A DNA stretch of 63,761 bases, filler included, from Octopus bimaculoides (lineage: Eukaryota), in NCBI RefSeq assembly GCF_001194135.2. It is 4 parts of 4 records of this genome, joined end to end, with 100 filler letters (N's around TTAATTAATTAA, not from the genome) between each part and the next. Parts side by side here need not be neighbours in the genome. Positions count along the whole stretch, not along the records: positions 23,197 to 48,001 come from NC_068981.1; 3 more parts are not named here. One strand, written 5' to 3'. Below are positions 26,825 to 39,213 of this stretch, one piece after another. A program made the translations under genes and the position numbers. How positions within the stretch are numbered: the stretch's first letter is position 1; each line of letters opens with the position of its first letter. Below the pieces are notes generated by a model. That model searched no databases, had not been told where the DNA came from, and was given only the letters and a program-made list of their open reading frames with translations.

Positions 26825-26902
26825 ACTTTATAAATGTAAGGGTAAAAATTATTAAATAATTATTTACCAGTGACTAGCATGCTTAATAAGAGTCAGAAGA
26901 CA

Positions 26903-27185
26903 TAAATATTTTCAAATGTAAGAATGTATGAAACACACGTAAAGAAAACCACTATGTGGATTTCTTACATGCGAAAAATGGCAGTCAAAGACTAAAACCA
27001 CGTAAAGATTATTCTTACATTAAAGTACGTTGATGTGTACGCGAGCAAGACATTTGAGTGAATAAAAATAGTAAACCCCATACTTTCGTGGTTTTAAGCT
27101 TTGACTGCCATTTTAGGCATGCAAGATATCCACATGGTGGTTTTCTCTTCGTGCATGTTTCATACACTATTATATTTAAATATAT
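26903..27185. mobile_element. Fold-back (MITE-like) element with about 85-bp inverted arms
   Basis: 26923-27007 is the imperfect reverse complement of 27083-27168 (gtatgaaac..gaaaaccac.atgtgga..aaaatggcagtcaaag..aaaaccacg). Confidence 0.8.
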
Positions 27186-28097
27186 ATATATATAGATATG
27201 TACGCTAACGCACCGGTAAAATATAATTATACATATCCACTTGGAATTATCGTTTTAACAATAAGAAACTACATCTGTCGTCACATTTTAGTTACATTTT
27301 TTAAATTTCATATTGCAAAAATCATACAGTTAAGCAACAATATTTTGTATGCTTGTTTGCTGATAATCTATTTCACTGTATTTGATAGTTTGAGCAGAAT
27401 ATCAGAAACCGGGTCTCTTGTGAATGTTCAAGGAAAAACTCATGCTATGGTTGTTTCCGTTTATCCTTAACGAAAGAGTTTCAGTGGTGATTAAAGACTA
27501 TATCAGTATCTTAAGTACAGCTAGTATTAGGCATGTCTTCCTGGAGAAAACCGACAGGCCTCAATAATGTCTTATACAAGTCCAGTTCTAATTATAGGTA
27601 ACATTCACAGTATTCAGCAACACCTTGAAAATGTTAGCAGGTATTTTTGGTGCGTATTTTTGCTGAGCAAGAACTTAAGTAAAAGTTATGCCCAAACATC
27701 TTCTAAATGCATAGTTAAAAGTGTTTTGTTTTCATCAAGCTGTTACATATAAACTAAATTTTGGAACCTGTAGTTTCTTTGGATTATGTATCTCAAGAAA
27801 ATATAATCCTTTTCAACACCATGCGATATATTGTCGAGAGAATTTAATGTAGATCTAACTTTGGTGTAGCTCATGCTTTGTATCACGCATTCGATTTATC
27901 ATTACAAATGCTTGTAGCTAATTCGATATTTCTACACTTAAGTCCTATCAAAATGAGTTATAGGGAATTTTTTCTTTTTGTCTGCGAGGACACCACCACC
28001 ATTGTTTTCGACGTAAGATTTATTTTATATTTTATCTTTATTTTACTGCTTTTGAAGCGAATCGGTCTGGCGGCAAGAGTGATAAGCGATTGTCAGT

Positions 28098-28435
28098 AAT
28101 TTGGAGGCTAAGTCGATCAAATTGACTCCAGTGCTCAACTAGTACTTATTTTACCGGCCTCGAAAGGATGAAAGGCAATGTCAACCCCGGCGAAATTTGA
28201 TCCCAGAACGTACAGCTAACGATTCTGTCAGCTCCTCACCTTCTTATTAACTATAATATTAGTTTCTTGCTCATCAGTCTTTACGTTTTGTGTTCAAATT
28301 CTGCGAAGGTTGAATTTATCTTTTATTCTTTCGGCGTCGATAAAATAAGTACTAGTTGACCACTGGAGTTGATGCAATCGATTTAACTCCTTTCCCGAAA
28401 GTGCTGGCCTTGTGCCAAATTTGAAACTAATATGA
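28098..28435. mobile_element. Head-to-head pair of Meta-type SINEs
   Basis: A minus copy (28098-28245) is followed by a plus copy (about 28270-28435) sharing aaataagtac..gtcga motifs in opposite orientation. A further minus copy lies at about 28480-28660. Confidence 0.75.
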
Positions 28436-29142
28436 CTTTCTTACAAAGACAAAATGTTAGGATTTTATTTATTTATTTGGTGTAACAGCGATGGAATAGT
28501 CGATCATATTGACCCCAGGGTAATTATTTTATTCACCACCGAGAGATGAAACACAAGGTATAATGCTACGTGATTTGAACTCAGAACGAAAAGGTTATTA
28601 ACTAAATACCGCAAGGCTTTTGTCTGATGCTCAATCTATTCTGCCAATTCGGTTGAACAAAGAAAAGAAGATGATGATGATGAGCATGAAATTAAATTTC
28701 TGCTCACATATTTTGCATTAACATAGGCATTCGAATAAATTCTGTGATTAAACATTTCATCTTCCTTCTTCATACATCAAACTTGTTTTATAGTTTAATT
28801 CAATAGGACTGTAGTAGTGATCGTATACATAATAAATATAACAGCAGTGTCGTTCTAGTTAACAGGAAATGATAGATGTAACATTTTGCTGCTGTTTTCT
28901 ACATTAGTTAAGTTTAGTAGCACCACTTAGGAAGTCAAGCATTGATTTATTGATACAATATATCTCAACCATTGACACCGCAATAAAGAAAACTGGCAAC
29001 ACTCATATTCATTCACTATTGTTTGTTATTTTCAATCACCTTTAGCTATTTATAGAAAATAACGTTCAATTCATATTTGAATGAAAGTTAAAATTAATTT
29101 CACCTGGCTGACATTTGAATTACAGGAACAATACAGAGAAAA

Positions 29143-29225
<83 letters not shown>

Positions 29226-30268
29226 GGGGGAGTAAGAGAGAAAGAGTGAGTAAGAATGTAAGAGAGAGAATAATTAACTCAGAATTGAACTGGCATTTTA
29301 TTTAGCGATCTTGAAATGCTTAATGGTAAAGTTGATTTCAATGGGATTGGAATGGTGTAAAGAGCCGGATCATTCTGCAAATTATTCTCCAGGATACTTT
29401 AATTCTTTACCTATCGATAATGCTATTACAATATGTTTACTGTGTTCCCTGATCCGCCAAACAAAACCTCCTCTTGACTGTTTTATAACCAACCTTTCCC
29501 TTCCTATCTTAATCTCTCCCGCTCTGTTCGTAGTTTCTTTCCCTCATCAACTTTACTCGTTCCTACAGAAAGTAACAGAAGATGTCTATCTGACCGCTCT
29601 TCCCACACGCATGCATTCAACTAATTCGTTGTAATTTCCTGTTATCCTCCACGTTGTCCACTCTCATAGATCAAGAACAAACAAATAAATAAATAAATAA
29701 AGCATTTTAGCTCGTCGAGGAGGACTTTATTCAGAACGTTAGAAACTCATTTCCTCCAACGGTATGCGAACTTGAGAAACTTTACATATTATCAACAAAT
29801 CCGAATTCTTTCCATAAAGGTAAGCAAATATCTGTTGATATTTCTTCTGCATGGAGTAAAAAGAGGACCGACTTTGCATCATTTCGATCCGCTTATGGTT
29901 TATTTTCGAATATTCAAATATTAGGCTTGCCTTAAAACTCATTAAAAACTTTCCATAAATGTGTTGTACATTAGCAATAAATTAATTGAATTATAGTCCA
30001 GTAACACATTATTTATGCAATTTAATCCATCAGATTTACTGAAGTTTCTACATTTAGTGAATACAGTTTTTTATATACTGAGTACATATCGTTCTGTGGG
30101 CAAAACAAGTGGGTATTTGTTTTTCTAATATGTAGCCTAATAGATTCGAAACCAGTTGGAGAAAGCCAATCTTTTCCTGTCTAGCAAAGTCAAGAATATA
30201 TATTTGTCTACATTTACTCTAAATCTCGCAGCATTGGTTAAATTCATCGTATATATGTACAGATCCAC

Positions 30269-30321
<53 letters not shown>

Positions 30322-30355
30322 TATACATACATATATACGTGTGTGTATATACACA

Positions 30356-30428
<73 letters not shown>

Positions 30429-31886
30429 GAGCATCCGTATGTGAAAATCTATATGCCTGCAAGAAAAGGCCGAGTAGTTTAGTCAGGAGCAAAACGATCG
30501 CCAAGTTCAACGGAATTAATTTGTAAGTTTCATGCATTACAATTTTCAGTTGTTTAGCGTGAGAGTAACGGCGATTGAAAAGACTAAAAATGAAAGCCAC
30601 CCAGCCAATATTTTATAATATCTTATTGTCAAGTATGGTGTATTCAGCCCTGTATTATTCAATAAACATTCTGAGAGAGTTTGAGTAGCAATTTTAATGC
30701 GTCTCATATAAACCATCAACAGTTTCGATGAACATTCATCGCAACTAATTACAACCCAGTAAATGCATAAGCTGTAATTTTATCACCTGGGAAATTACAT
30801 CACACGGTAATTACATTGCGAGTCATCAGTAAACATATCCATCATGCTTCTGTATCTTCAAACATTATTTTAAAGTTTTTATACAAGTCAAATATCAATA
30901 ACAACGTAAAAAGATTACAAAAACACAAATTTCCATCTTCCGTATTAGGAAGATTTTAATCCTTGGAAAAGAGCGATAAAAGAAGAAAAAACAAAGAAAT
31001 AATTGAACAGCATAGCAACCCTGCAGAAATTCCACATTACGGAAAAGAATGTATAGCTCAAGGAGGATTCATCTTATCATCAATGAATATCAAAATCGTG
31101 AAATATGGAATTTTTAAGTGGTATTGATTATAATTTGTCGCTTTAGAATGTTTCTTCATTCTTCCTAATTTAAAATATCGTTTCTAATAGCAGTACTTTA
31201 CGGAAGTATATTCAAAAGTAACTTTAATGTGCCTATTTATGTATGTATTGAGTAAATGAATGAAAGGCGATATGTTTTCTCTGAGAGTAAACACTTTAAT
31301 ACTTGGTCTGCAAATAGAAAATATCATCGCAATACATTTAGCAACAATGTATTTGGCAAAGTGATATATTATCGGCAATATATTGACTCACGATGTGACT
31401 TCGTTACGATCAAGTTACCTGGCATTTACTAGATATCTCATCTGAGTATTGTTGCTTTTCTCCAAATCAGTGATGGTTGTAGCAGTGTGTATGAACAAAA
31501 TAAATAGCTATATTGCTTTCAAATTTGGGCTTGAGGCCAGAAATTTCGGGATGTGGTGAGGGGAATGGGAGACGGACAATGGCGAGGCGGGTGCGGGGAG
31601 AGAGCAGATGCACAGTCCACGAAACGTGCTCTGGCAAGGGCTGTGGGGATAGTAAAAATGAGTAAAAGAGAGAGACAAAGACAAACAGAAAAAAACTATA
31701 GAAATATTTTTAAAAAAGCATTTTATTTAACTTTATGATGAAAGTAAACAAACAAACTTTGTTCTTTTTTAGAAGCGTTGAGATGTTTTGTAAGAACAGA
31801 AATAAATTTATTTCTCAAACGCGTGATATTGCTATAAATAGCGTGATCAGGATAAATTATCCATTTATTGCAGAAAAATACGCTAC

Positions 31887-31958
31887 TGCCAGCCATGAGA
31901 CTCGAACTCACATCTCTGTGGTTACGCGTCAAGTGTTTTACCATTAAACTAAACTGCC
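31887..31958 (-). pseudogene. tRNA-like cassette (pseudo-tRNA; best anticodon reading CGT, Thr)
   Basis: 72 nt. A box TAGTTTAATGG, D stem GTTT/AAAC, T arm GTGAG-TTCGAGT-CTCAT, acceptor GGCAGTT/GGCTGGC, TTTTT terminator about 9 nt downstream. The anticodon stem is broken. Confidence 0.65.
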
Positions 31959-32211
31959 CAGCAACGAATTCTTCTGCAATTTTAGAACTTATAAATTTAG
32001 CTTCATAAGACGCTANNNNNNNNNNAGCAACGAATTCTTCTGCAATTTTAGAACTTATAAATTTAGCTTCATAAGACGCTAACGTTAAATTCAACTTTAT
32101 GATGAAAGTAAACAAACAAAGTTTGTTCTTTTTTAGAAGCGTTGAGATTAACGTTAGACACTTATGAAGCTAAATTTATAAGTTCTAAAATTGCAGACGA
32201 ATTCGTTGCTG

Positions 32212-32284
32212 AGCAGTTTAGTTTAATCGTAAAACACTTAACGCGTAATCACAGAGATGTGAGTTCGAGTCTCATGGCTGGCCA
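32212..32284 (+). pseudogene. Inverted second copy of the tRNA-like cassette
   Basis: gagcagtttagtttaatcgtaaaacacttaacgcgtaatcacagagatgtgagttcgagtctcatggctggc followed by cagtagcgtatttttctg. It is the near-exact reverse complement of 31860-32015. Confidence 0.6.
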
Positions 32285-32799
32285 GTAGCGTATTTTTCTG
32301 CAATAAATGGATATTTTATTTAATTTTTCCCACAGTATATTTGCTTTTCATGCTAAGTTGAAAAAGTCGCAAAGACTGAAACCGGTACTTCTAAAACTAC
32401 ATCTTTCAGTTTATATAATGAGAGCAAAATATTTTAAAAATTAATATAGCGTTTGTAATGCGCTGAGCGCCACATAGAGGTCAGTTGATAGGGTCTAAAA
32501 TAGCCAGAAATAGTATGATTATTTCCTTCAATATCGCATACTATAGAAGAAAATTTATCGGGATTATATAGAAAGGGTGGTTAATAAGGAATGGTAAAGA
32601 AGAACGAGGCTAGAAGGACTCAGGCAATTAAGCAGGGACGGATCTAACTGCGCTCTGCATATTTTAAGGGTTTTGTGACCGACGATATTTTCTTGCTATG
32701 AGAAGTGCATGTTTTTCTTTTTTATGTTGCTGAAAGAAACAAGTTTGGCATTTTTCTATTTGAAGATGTTTTTCATATTTGTTTTCATGGAGTTAGCGC

Positions 32800-33110
32800 T
32801 GGTTTGCGGTAGGAGGTTAGTTTGCACGTGGATGAGGCATGGCTGATAAGTTTAGGGAGAAATTAAAGATATTATGATCTGCGTATGATTGAGCATTTTC
32901 GGACATGGCAGTAAGTAGATCGTTTATGTGTAAAAAGAAGAGACTAACAGACAAACCAAACCTAACTGCACACAAGATTTGATAAAATGTCAGATGAAAA
33001 GAGCTCCACCAGCAAATGCCAAGATGTGAGTCATATATGTAATGAGAGACGGATGAGATCCACAAACGCGTAAATTCGACAGGAGATTCGCATTCCAGAA
33101 ATGGTCGAGA
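32800..33110 (-). mobile_element. CR1/L2-like RT remnant
   Basis: LSVSLFFLHINDLLTAMSENAQSYADH resembles the RT motif PTLFLLFINDLL..IHSYADD. Confidence 0.55.
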
Positions 33111-33364
33111 GTTTAGTTTATGTTGACAGCAACAACATTTGATTCACAAAATTTTTATAAGGCAAAACTCTACTGTTAGCCCACATGCGATAAAATTCTG
33201 ATTCCAGTTGTATTTGACAGTAGAAAACATTTTTAAGCAATGAAAATCATGTATAAGACGCTCAAGCGTTTCTTCATTTCTTATTTAAGGATTTGTTAAT
33301 GTTTAGAGTGAAAAAAAAGAGATTCGGGAATTTTGTAAAGAAAACAAAAGAAAGGAAATCTTAC

Positions 33365-33445
33365 CCAGTGATCTTCCCATTTTTGCATTATAATTGCAGG
33401 GCCTAAGGATCTTGCAGGGTTCATACTGGCACCAGTGTAATTTAG
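33365..33445 (-). CDS. AQP: Internal coding exon of a classical (AQP4-like) aquaporin: second NPA box / loop E
   Basis: Minus strand reads tcttttattactttcAG|CTA AAT TAC ACT GGT GCC AGT ATG AAC CCT GCA AGA TCC TTA GGC CCT GCA ATT ATA ATG CAA AAA TGG GAA GAT CAC TGG|GTaagat. This is 81 nt, phase 0-0, [27 protein letters not shown], with the NPAR motif. Length and boundaries match the conserved aquaporin exon (human AQP4 [27 protein letters not shown], from memory). Too short for the ORF track. Confidence 0.95.
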
Positions 33446-33835
33446 CTGAAAGTAATAAAAGAATGTAGAATGATATCAACTCTGCAAACGACCAGAAACA
33501 TGAATTAAATATTATGTAATGACAAAATATAAATTAGATGAAAATGCAGAGAGATCGAAGAAAATAGAACGTTACACAATCACACGGTATATTAGATAAA
33601 GCAGCCAAGTTCTTCAAATTGTACAGCAGAGAAAAAGCAGCATCTACCACTGCTTTTTGTTCACTATAAAGACAACTTTTAACTAGATTGAAAATCAGCT
33701 CCGCTAATCTGATTTCTGACAAGGGCACTACAAAATGCCTTACATGTAACCTCAAATTTATTTTTGAGCACGGAATCAAGTAATGTATCTTATGATTCTT
33801 CCAATCTCTCCAATTTCCCCTCATCTCTTCCATTT

Positions 33836-33869
<34 letters not shown>

Positions 33870-33890
33870 CCTCTCCCTCTCTCTTCTCTT

Positions 33891-33921
<31 letters not shown>

Positions 33922-34139
33922 ACCATGAAGTCAAAACGTTTTCTGTTAGGGATGAAGCATTTCCTGTCGCATTTGAATATTCACTACGATTAAAACTAAT
34001 TCTACATGAATAATATAGTGCCTCGGACGGTCTGTGGCAGTAGTTAAGAAGTATGTGTTGCTTCAGCTAATAAATCACTGAAACATACACGTGTCTGGAA
34101 TTCTCAGTCTCTTATTCGCTAATTCGATGAGCAGGTAAT

Positions 34140-34955
34140 TTAAGGGGTGCCCAAAATAACAAGAAACGTTCTGTGTGGGACAAGCCGGTTGTATCCACTT
34201 GATGGGACCGCTTGAAGCCACTTGATGCGACCCCCAGGCAGCAGTCTGACGATCGGCATTGTCCGTTGTGGTCAGACTTCCACGTGGTGTGTCTTTGTTT
34301 CGCAATGCTTCCGCCCTGTTCGTCAATTTTTGCGACGGCTGAAAAGAAGGGACAATGTGCGTCCGTGAAATTCTGGTTTCTGCTGGGGAAAAGGCGGCGG
34401 AAACAGTTGTCCTTCTTCAAACAACTTACAAGGCCGCTGCCATGAGCAACACATAAGTTTACGAGTGGTTTTCACGCTTTAGGAATGGTCACTTGTCGCT
34501 TGAGGATCAACGTTGTTCTATGAAAACATCATGGAAATTCATGAACCGAACGATTGAAGAACTTTTTGATACGACTGATGTGTTCTGGAGCTCCTGTCAA
34601 CGAATTTTGAGCGAGGAATTGCGAATGAAAAGAGTTTGTGCCTCGCTTGCTCACAGAAAATCAAAAGCAGTCAGGTCTGACTGCGGGTCGTGAACTGAAA
34701 TATCAGTTGGAAGTTTATCCAGAACTTTTTGTCAAAGGTCATCACTGGTAACGAACCTGGTGCTGCAGAATTTGCAGTAGTGGAAGAGGTGAAGAAAAAA
34801 ACCACGGAGGTGTTAAAAGGCATTACTTCGCAAGTGTCCCAGCACTTCTTCGAACAGTGGAAAAAGTGTCTGAAGGTGATAAATGCGCAAATATGTAAAA
34901 CTAAGTGAATAAAATAATATTGCAAAATTCCGGTTCTTTTGGGTACCCCCTCGTA
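34140..34955 (+). mobile_element. mariner-family transposon, internally deleted
   Basis: TIRs taaggggtgcccaaaataac / ccggttcttttgggtaccccctcgta. N-terminal remnant GQCASVKFWFLLGK..ETV..VYEWFSRFRNGHLSLED. Confidence 0.85.
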
Positions 34956-35104
34956 AATGATCGAACGTGTTTAATGTCAAAACTAACTATTTTCAATAAT
35001 GTATATACTATCAATAATATTAATACGCAAACTTTTTGTTTTTGTACGTACCTGTTGTGTGCATCACATTTAGTTCAAAGCAGTGGCAAAGCGAGAAAGA
35101 GGAG

Positions 35105-35160
<56 letters not shown>

Positions 35161-35562
35161 NNNNNNNNNNGAGTGAGAGAGAAAGTGAGAGAGTGAGAGA
35201 GAAAGAGAGAGAGTGAAAGAGACAGTGAGTGGCGACGGTGTTCGTTTTGTGCTTTTAAATGGTTATCACATCGCAAAAGAATTACATACGTAGATACATA
35301 TATACATTGTTAAATCAAAAGCAGGAGAGAAGAGGGACACAAAGGAAGTGAAGGAGAAAGAGAGAAAGTGAAGATACATAAATCCAATAAAAGGTTCATA
35401 CATAGATACATACACACATTTTACTACCACACGAGTATAAAATAACTCACAAATGACTGAGTACTCCATAGATATGCATAACATTAACGTAGTTCTCAAG
35501 AAGATTCAGCTTCACACAGAATATGACAAGGCTGGCACCTATGAATTACAGCTACAACTCGA

Positions 35563-35594
<32 letters not shown>

Positions 35595-37763
35595 NNNNNN
35601 NNNNNNNNNNNNNNNNNNNNNNNNNNNNNNNNNNNNNNNNNNNNNNNNNNNNNNNNNNNNNNNNNNNNNNNNNNNNNNNNNNNNNNNNNNNNNNNNNNNN
35701 NNNNNNNNNNNNNNNNNNNNNNNNNNNNNNNNNNNNNNNNNNNNNNNNNNNNNNNNNNNNNNNNNNNNNNNNNNNNNNNNNNNNNNNNNNNNNNNNAATA
35801 AAGGCAATTACCAAACTTTCATTCATAAATCCATTTATTATTTCGTTCTTTTACATTTCAATTTGTACATTAAGGTTCTTTGAATATGTACGATGTATTT
35901 TAAGGGTAAATAATAATCCCGTTTACGTTTGTGTAACCGATATTTTGGTTGGATTATATGTTACATTACTTTTCTATATTGTGTAACTGTCACAATATAC
36001 TTTTCTAGGCCTGAAGTTTTTGTGGGGAGGGAGCCAGTTGATTAGATCGGCTCCAGTACACAACTGGTACTTAATTTATCGATCCCGAAAGGACGAAAGG
36101 CAAAGTCGACCTTGGCATAATTTGAACTCAGAACGTAAAGACAGACGGTCATAATATACAAACATCTCTTAATGCAACTAGTTTTTGTTATTATTGTGTT
36201 AAAGGGCATTGCCTCAGATGAATATCTGACGTAGTAAAAGTAGTACATTTGTTTCATAATGTTCATTGAGAGCGTTGCATGAAACGGTTTGATATTGTGA
36301 ACACAATACTTTATCTGTATAGTTTATGACTATGTCATGATATCGCAAATACTCTATATTCCCAACACGGCAGTTTTGACCTTATTCATTGGCAGGATAT
36401 TAAATACATTTACATTGATTTCTTACTTCGTCTCAGAATAAAAGATTCATAGGGAAGACACGTAATATTGATTTTACTGATTCGTTAAATCTCAGCAATT
36501 ATTTTGACTTCAGTGAAATCTAAACCTAGAGAATAGAAGATGAGAATAAGTACTAAATACTGTTTAGTCTTTAACATCGTCGCCAGTGCAATTATACCGT
36601 TTTTGATTGGTTTGTTAGATGTTAACAATTCTAATAAATGAACGATAATTGTAAGGCGGAAGCGTGCCCTGTGGTGCAATCAATTAGCGCTCTCTACTTT
36701 CAGGCAACACATTTTTAAAGGCGGTGAACTGGCAGAATCATTAGGGCATTGGAAAAAAATATTTGCGGTTATCTCTTTCGGCTTGCTACATTCTGAGTTT
36801 TAGACCCGCTGACATCAACTTTATTTTACATCTTTTCGGGATCGATAAAATAAAGCACTTGCTTAAGAACTAGGAACCATTCCCTTCAAAACTATGGGCT
36901 CATGCCTAAATTAGGAACATCTATTAGCAAGGTGATAAGTTCACAGAGCCTTTAGAGCATTGGATAGTGTAACTTTCGGAATTTGTCTGTTTCCCTACAT
37001 TCATAATTAAAATCCTACTGAAGTGAACCTATATTTTCATATCTTGTTGCTTGACAAATAATGTTCCATTTAAACAATGCGGTCATTTTTTCCTTCTTGC
37101 CATCAACTTCTCTGTCTTTTTGAATCGACTACGTAAAAGAAGCCAGAATGAAATTTCATACTGCTCTTTCTAATTCTTGCACAATGAATAAACGTTATTA
37201 GTCATATGCTATTGGCGTGGAGATGCGTGGCTTAGTGGGTAGGGTGCTGTGCTTATGATATCATTCCTTTTTTGAGATACAATATATTCAGAATCATACC
37301 AACCAATATGCTTCTTCTGTAAAGAGTTGGTGGAGACTTGGTTGCTATTTCTAGTAAATCGAGCAACCACATATGATCAACCTGCTGTATATTCTTTTAC
37401 TAGTAATGTTTATTTAAAGTTGTCGAATGATATTTTTACTGGTTCTAATGAGCTGAAATCGATCATGATTCAAAGTACGGGCAACGATTCTCGTAAATAT
37501 TTGCATAAAATATTACATGAAGAAATATCGTTCAGTATTATCTGAACAATATTGAAGAGTGTAAACATTTTTTAAATTTTACCCACAGAAGTGTAATTAT
37601 AAATGAAATCAAAAAGAATAAAATAGACAAAAAATATTACAGGAATATTTTTTGTTTCTGTAGATTTTATTGCAGTCCCTTCCTTTCAACAAAATACCGA
37701 TGTCAAGGATTTAAAAAAAAAGATAAAACATTTAAATACGGGGACAGAAATTGAAAGAATGTA

Positions 37764-37837
<74 letters not shown>

Positions 37838-38824
37838 GGAAAAGAGGGAGGGAGGGATGGAGAAAGAGAGAGAGATGGGGGATGACGTAGTGAGAGAAAA
37901 AGCTGTTATGGAATGGAGTGAATAAATTATAAAATCAATATATGAAAGAATAGTAGTGCAATGTTATATAGCTTTATACGTCATGAGAAACCAGGAGTGT
38001 TGAAGGTGTGAAATAACTATTATGTCAAATGATCATAAAAATCTTTTGAAGTGACAAACTAAATCCTGTTTTGAAATTCAATGGAAAACTTGGGTAAACA
38101 AAGGACGAATAAAAAGAATCATATTTTTATTTTGCAGACATCAAACAGACAACGCCGTTCTGATGCACAACACACACACAGAGGTACACAAGCACACACA
38201 TACATACATACATACATACATACATACATAACATACATACATACATACATACATACACACATACATACATACATACACACATAAGCATTCACATGCAAAG
38301 CATTGCATAACCGTGTCCACATAATCATTAACAATAAATGAATCTCAAAATCTTGGAAAACTTGAGGTGACGATGATGTAGATGTTGTTATGACTGCTGC
38401 TTCTGTTTTTACTCTTGCTGTTTTCCCGAGTAATCCCTAAATGGGCAGGTATATAATCCAAGGTGTTCAATCATTCAATCAATCATGATTACAAAATGGG
38501 TTTCTCAGACTATATTGTACTATGTGCTATTTCTAAGACGGTAAGATCTAATTTGATGGAAGCTTATACCGAGTCGGAAAAAGCTTATATGCTTCCTGAC
38601 TGGCTTGGTAAATTGACGTAATCTATTATGTCGTTAGCCAGATGATATGCGTTTTTCTTAAGTATCTAGATGCAGGAGAGTTTGAACTCAGAATTATAAA
38701 TTAACGAAACAAATACTCGTTGATTGTAAAGTTACATTGGTATCTTCCTATGATAATTTTACGGACTAAATATTTGCGGAGGAATATTCCTTAATAATAT
38801 AAATATTTTACTATAACTTGCACT

Positions 38825-39213
38825 AATAGTCACAGTACCAGGCGTTGCTCGAAAGTTTAAAGAATGTTAAAGGAAATATATTTATTCTGATAAAAAATAT
38901 ATTTTCAGAAAAATTCGATCTGATCACGTGAGTATAAACAAAGTAATTAAAACAAAGCATGAAATCAATCACAGTTTAATTTTTAGAACTTCTAAATATA
39001 CAATGTTTTCATTGTACAAATAAAGAAGTAAAGAAAAAGTTTTGAGACTTCCAAATCGCGAGCATCCTACATATAATTGCCCATAAGAGAAGGTTAAGCC
39101 TAACAACCTCAAGAGATTGTCCTTGGGATATCTTATTGACATAGCAAAACTTAGTTTCACTGGGAACTGGAGCTGTTTAAATTCAAAGGGATGGGGTCAG
39201 ATAGGATTAACGA
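38825..39213 (-). mobile_element. Helitron 3' end: Pif1-like helicase C-terminus and terminal motif
   Basis: Frameshifted FEFKQLQFPVKLSFAMSI / SQGQSLEVVRLNL / FSYGQLYVGCSR / NIVYLEVL, then gagcaacgcctggtac..gactattagt, resembling the hairpin plus CTRR terminus. Confidence 0.85.

Noticed and set aside
30755-30778. IYWV on the minus strand as the missing last aquaporin exon
   Set aside because: No GP follows and there is no splice acceptor.
30720-30840. Possible hammerhead on the minus strand (CTGATGA ... GAAAC)
   Set aside because: Helices II and III cannot be formed consistently with the core and there is no valid cleavage triplet.
31011-31030. Plus-strand NPA codons (AAC CCT GCA)
   Set aside because: The surrounding frame (HSNPAEIPHYG) has no aquaporin context.
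31887-31958. Functional tRNA-Thr(CGT) gene
   Set aside because: The anticodon stem has three mismatches and U33 is absent. Kept only as a tRNA-like pseudo-cassette.
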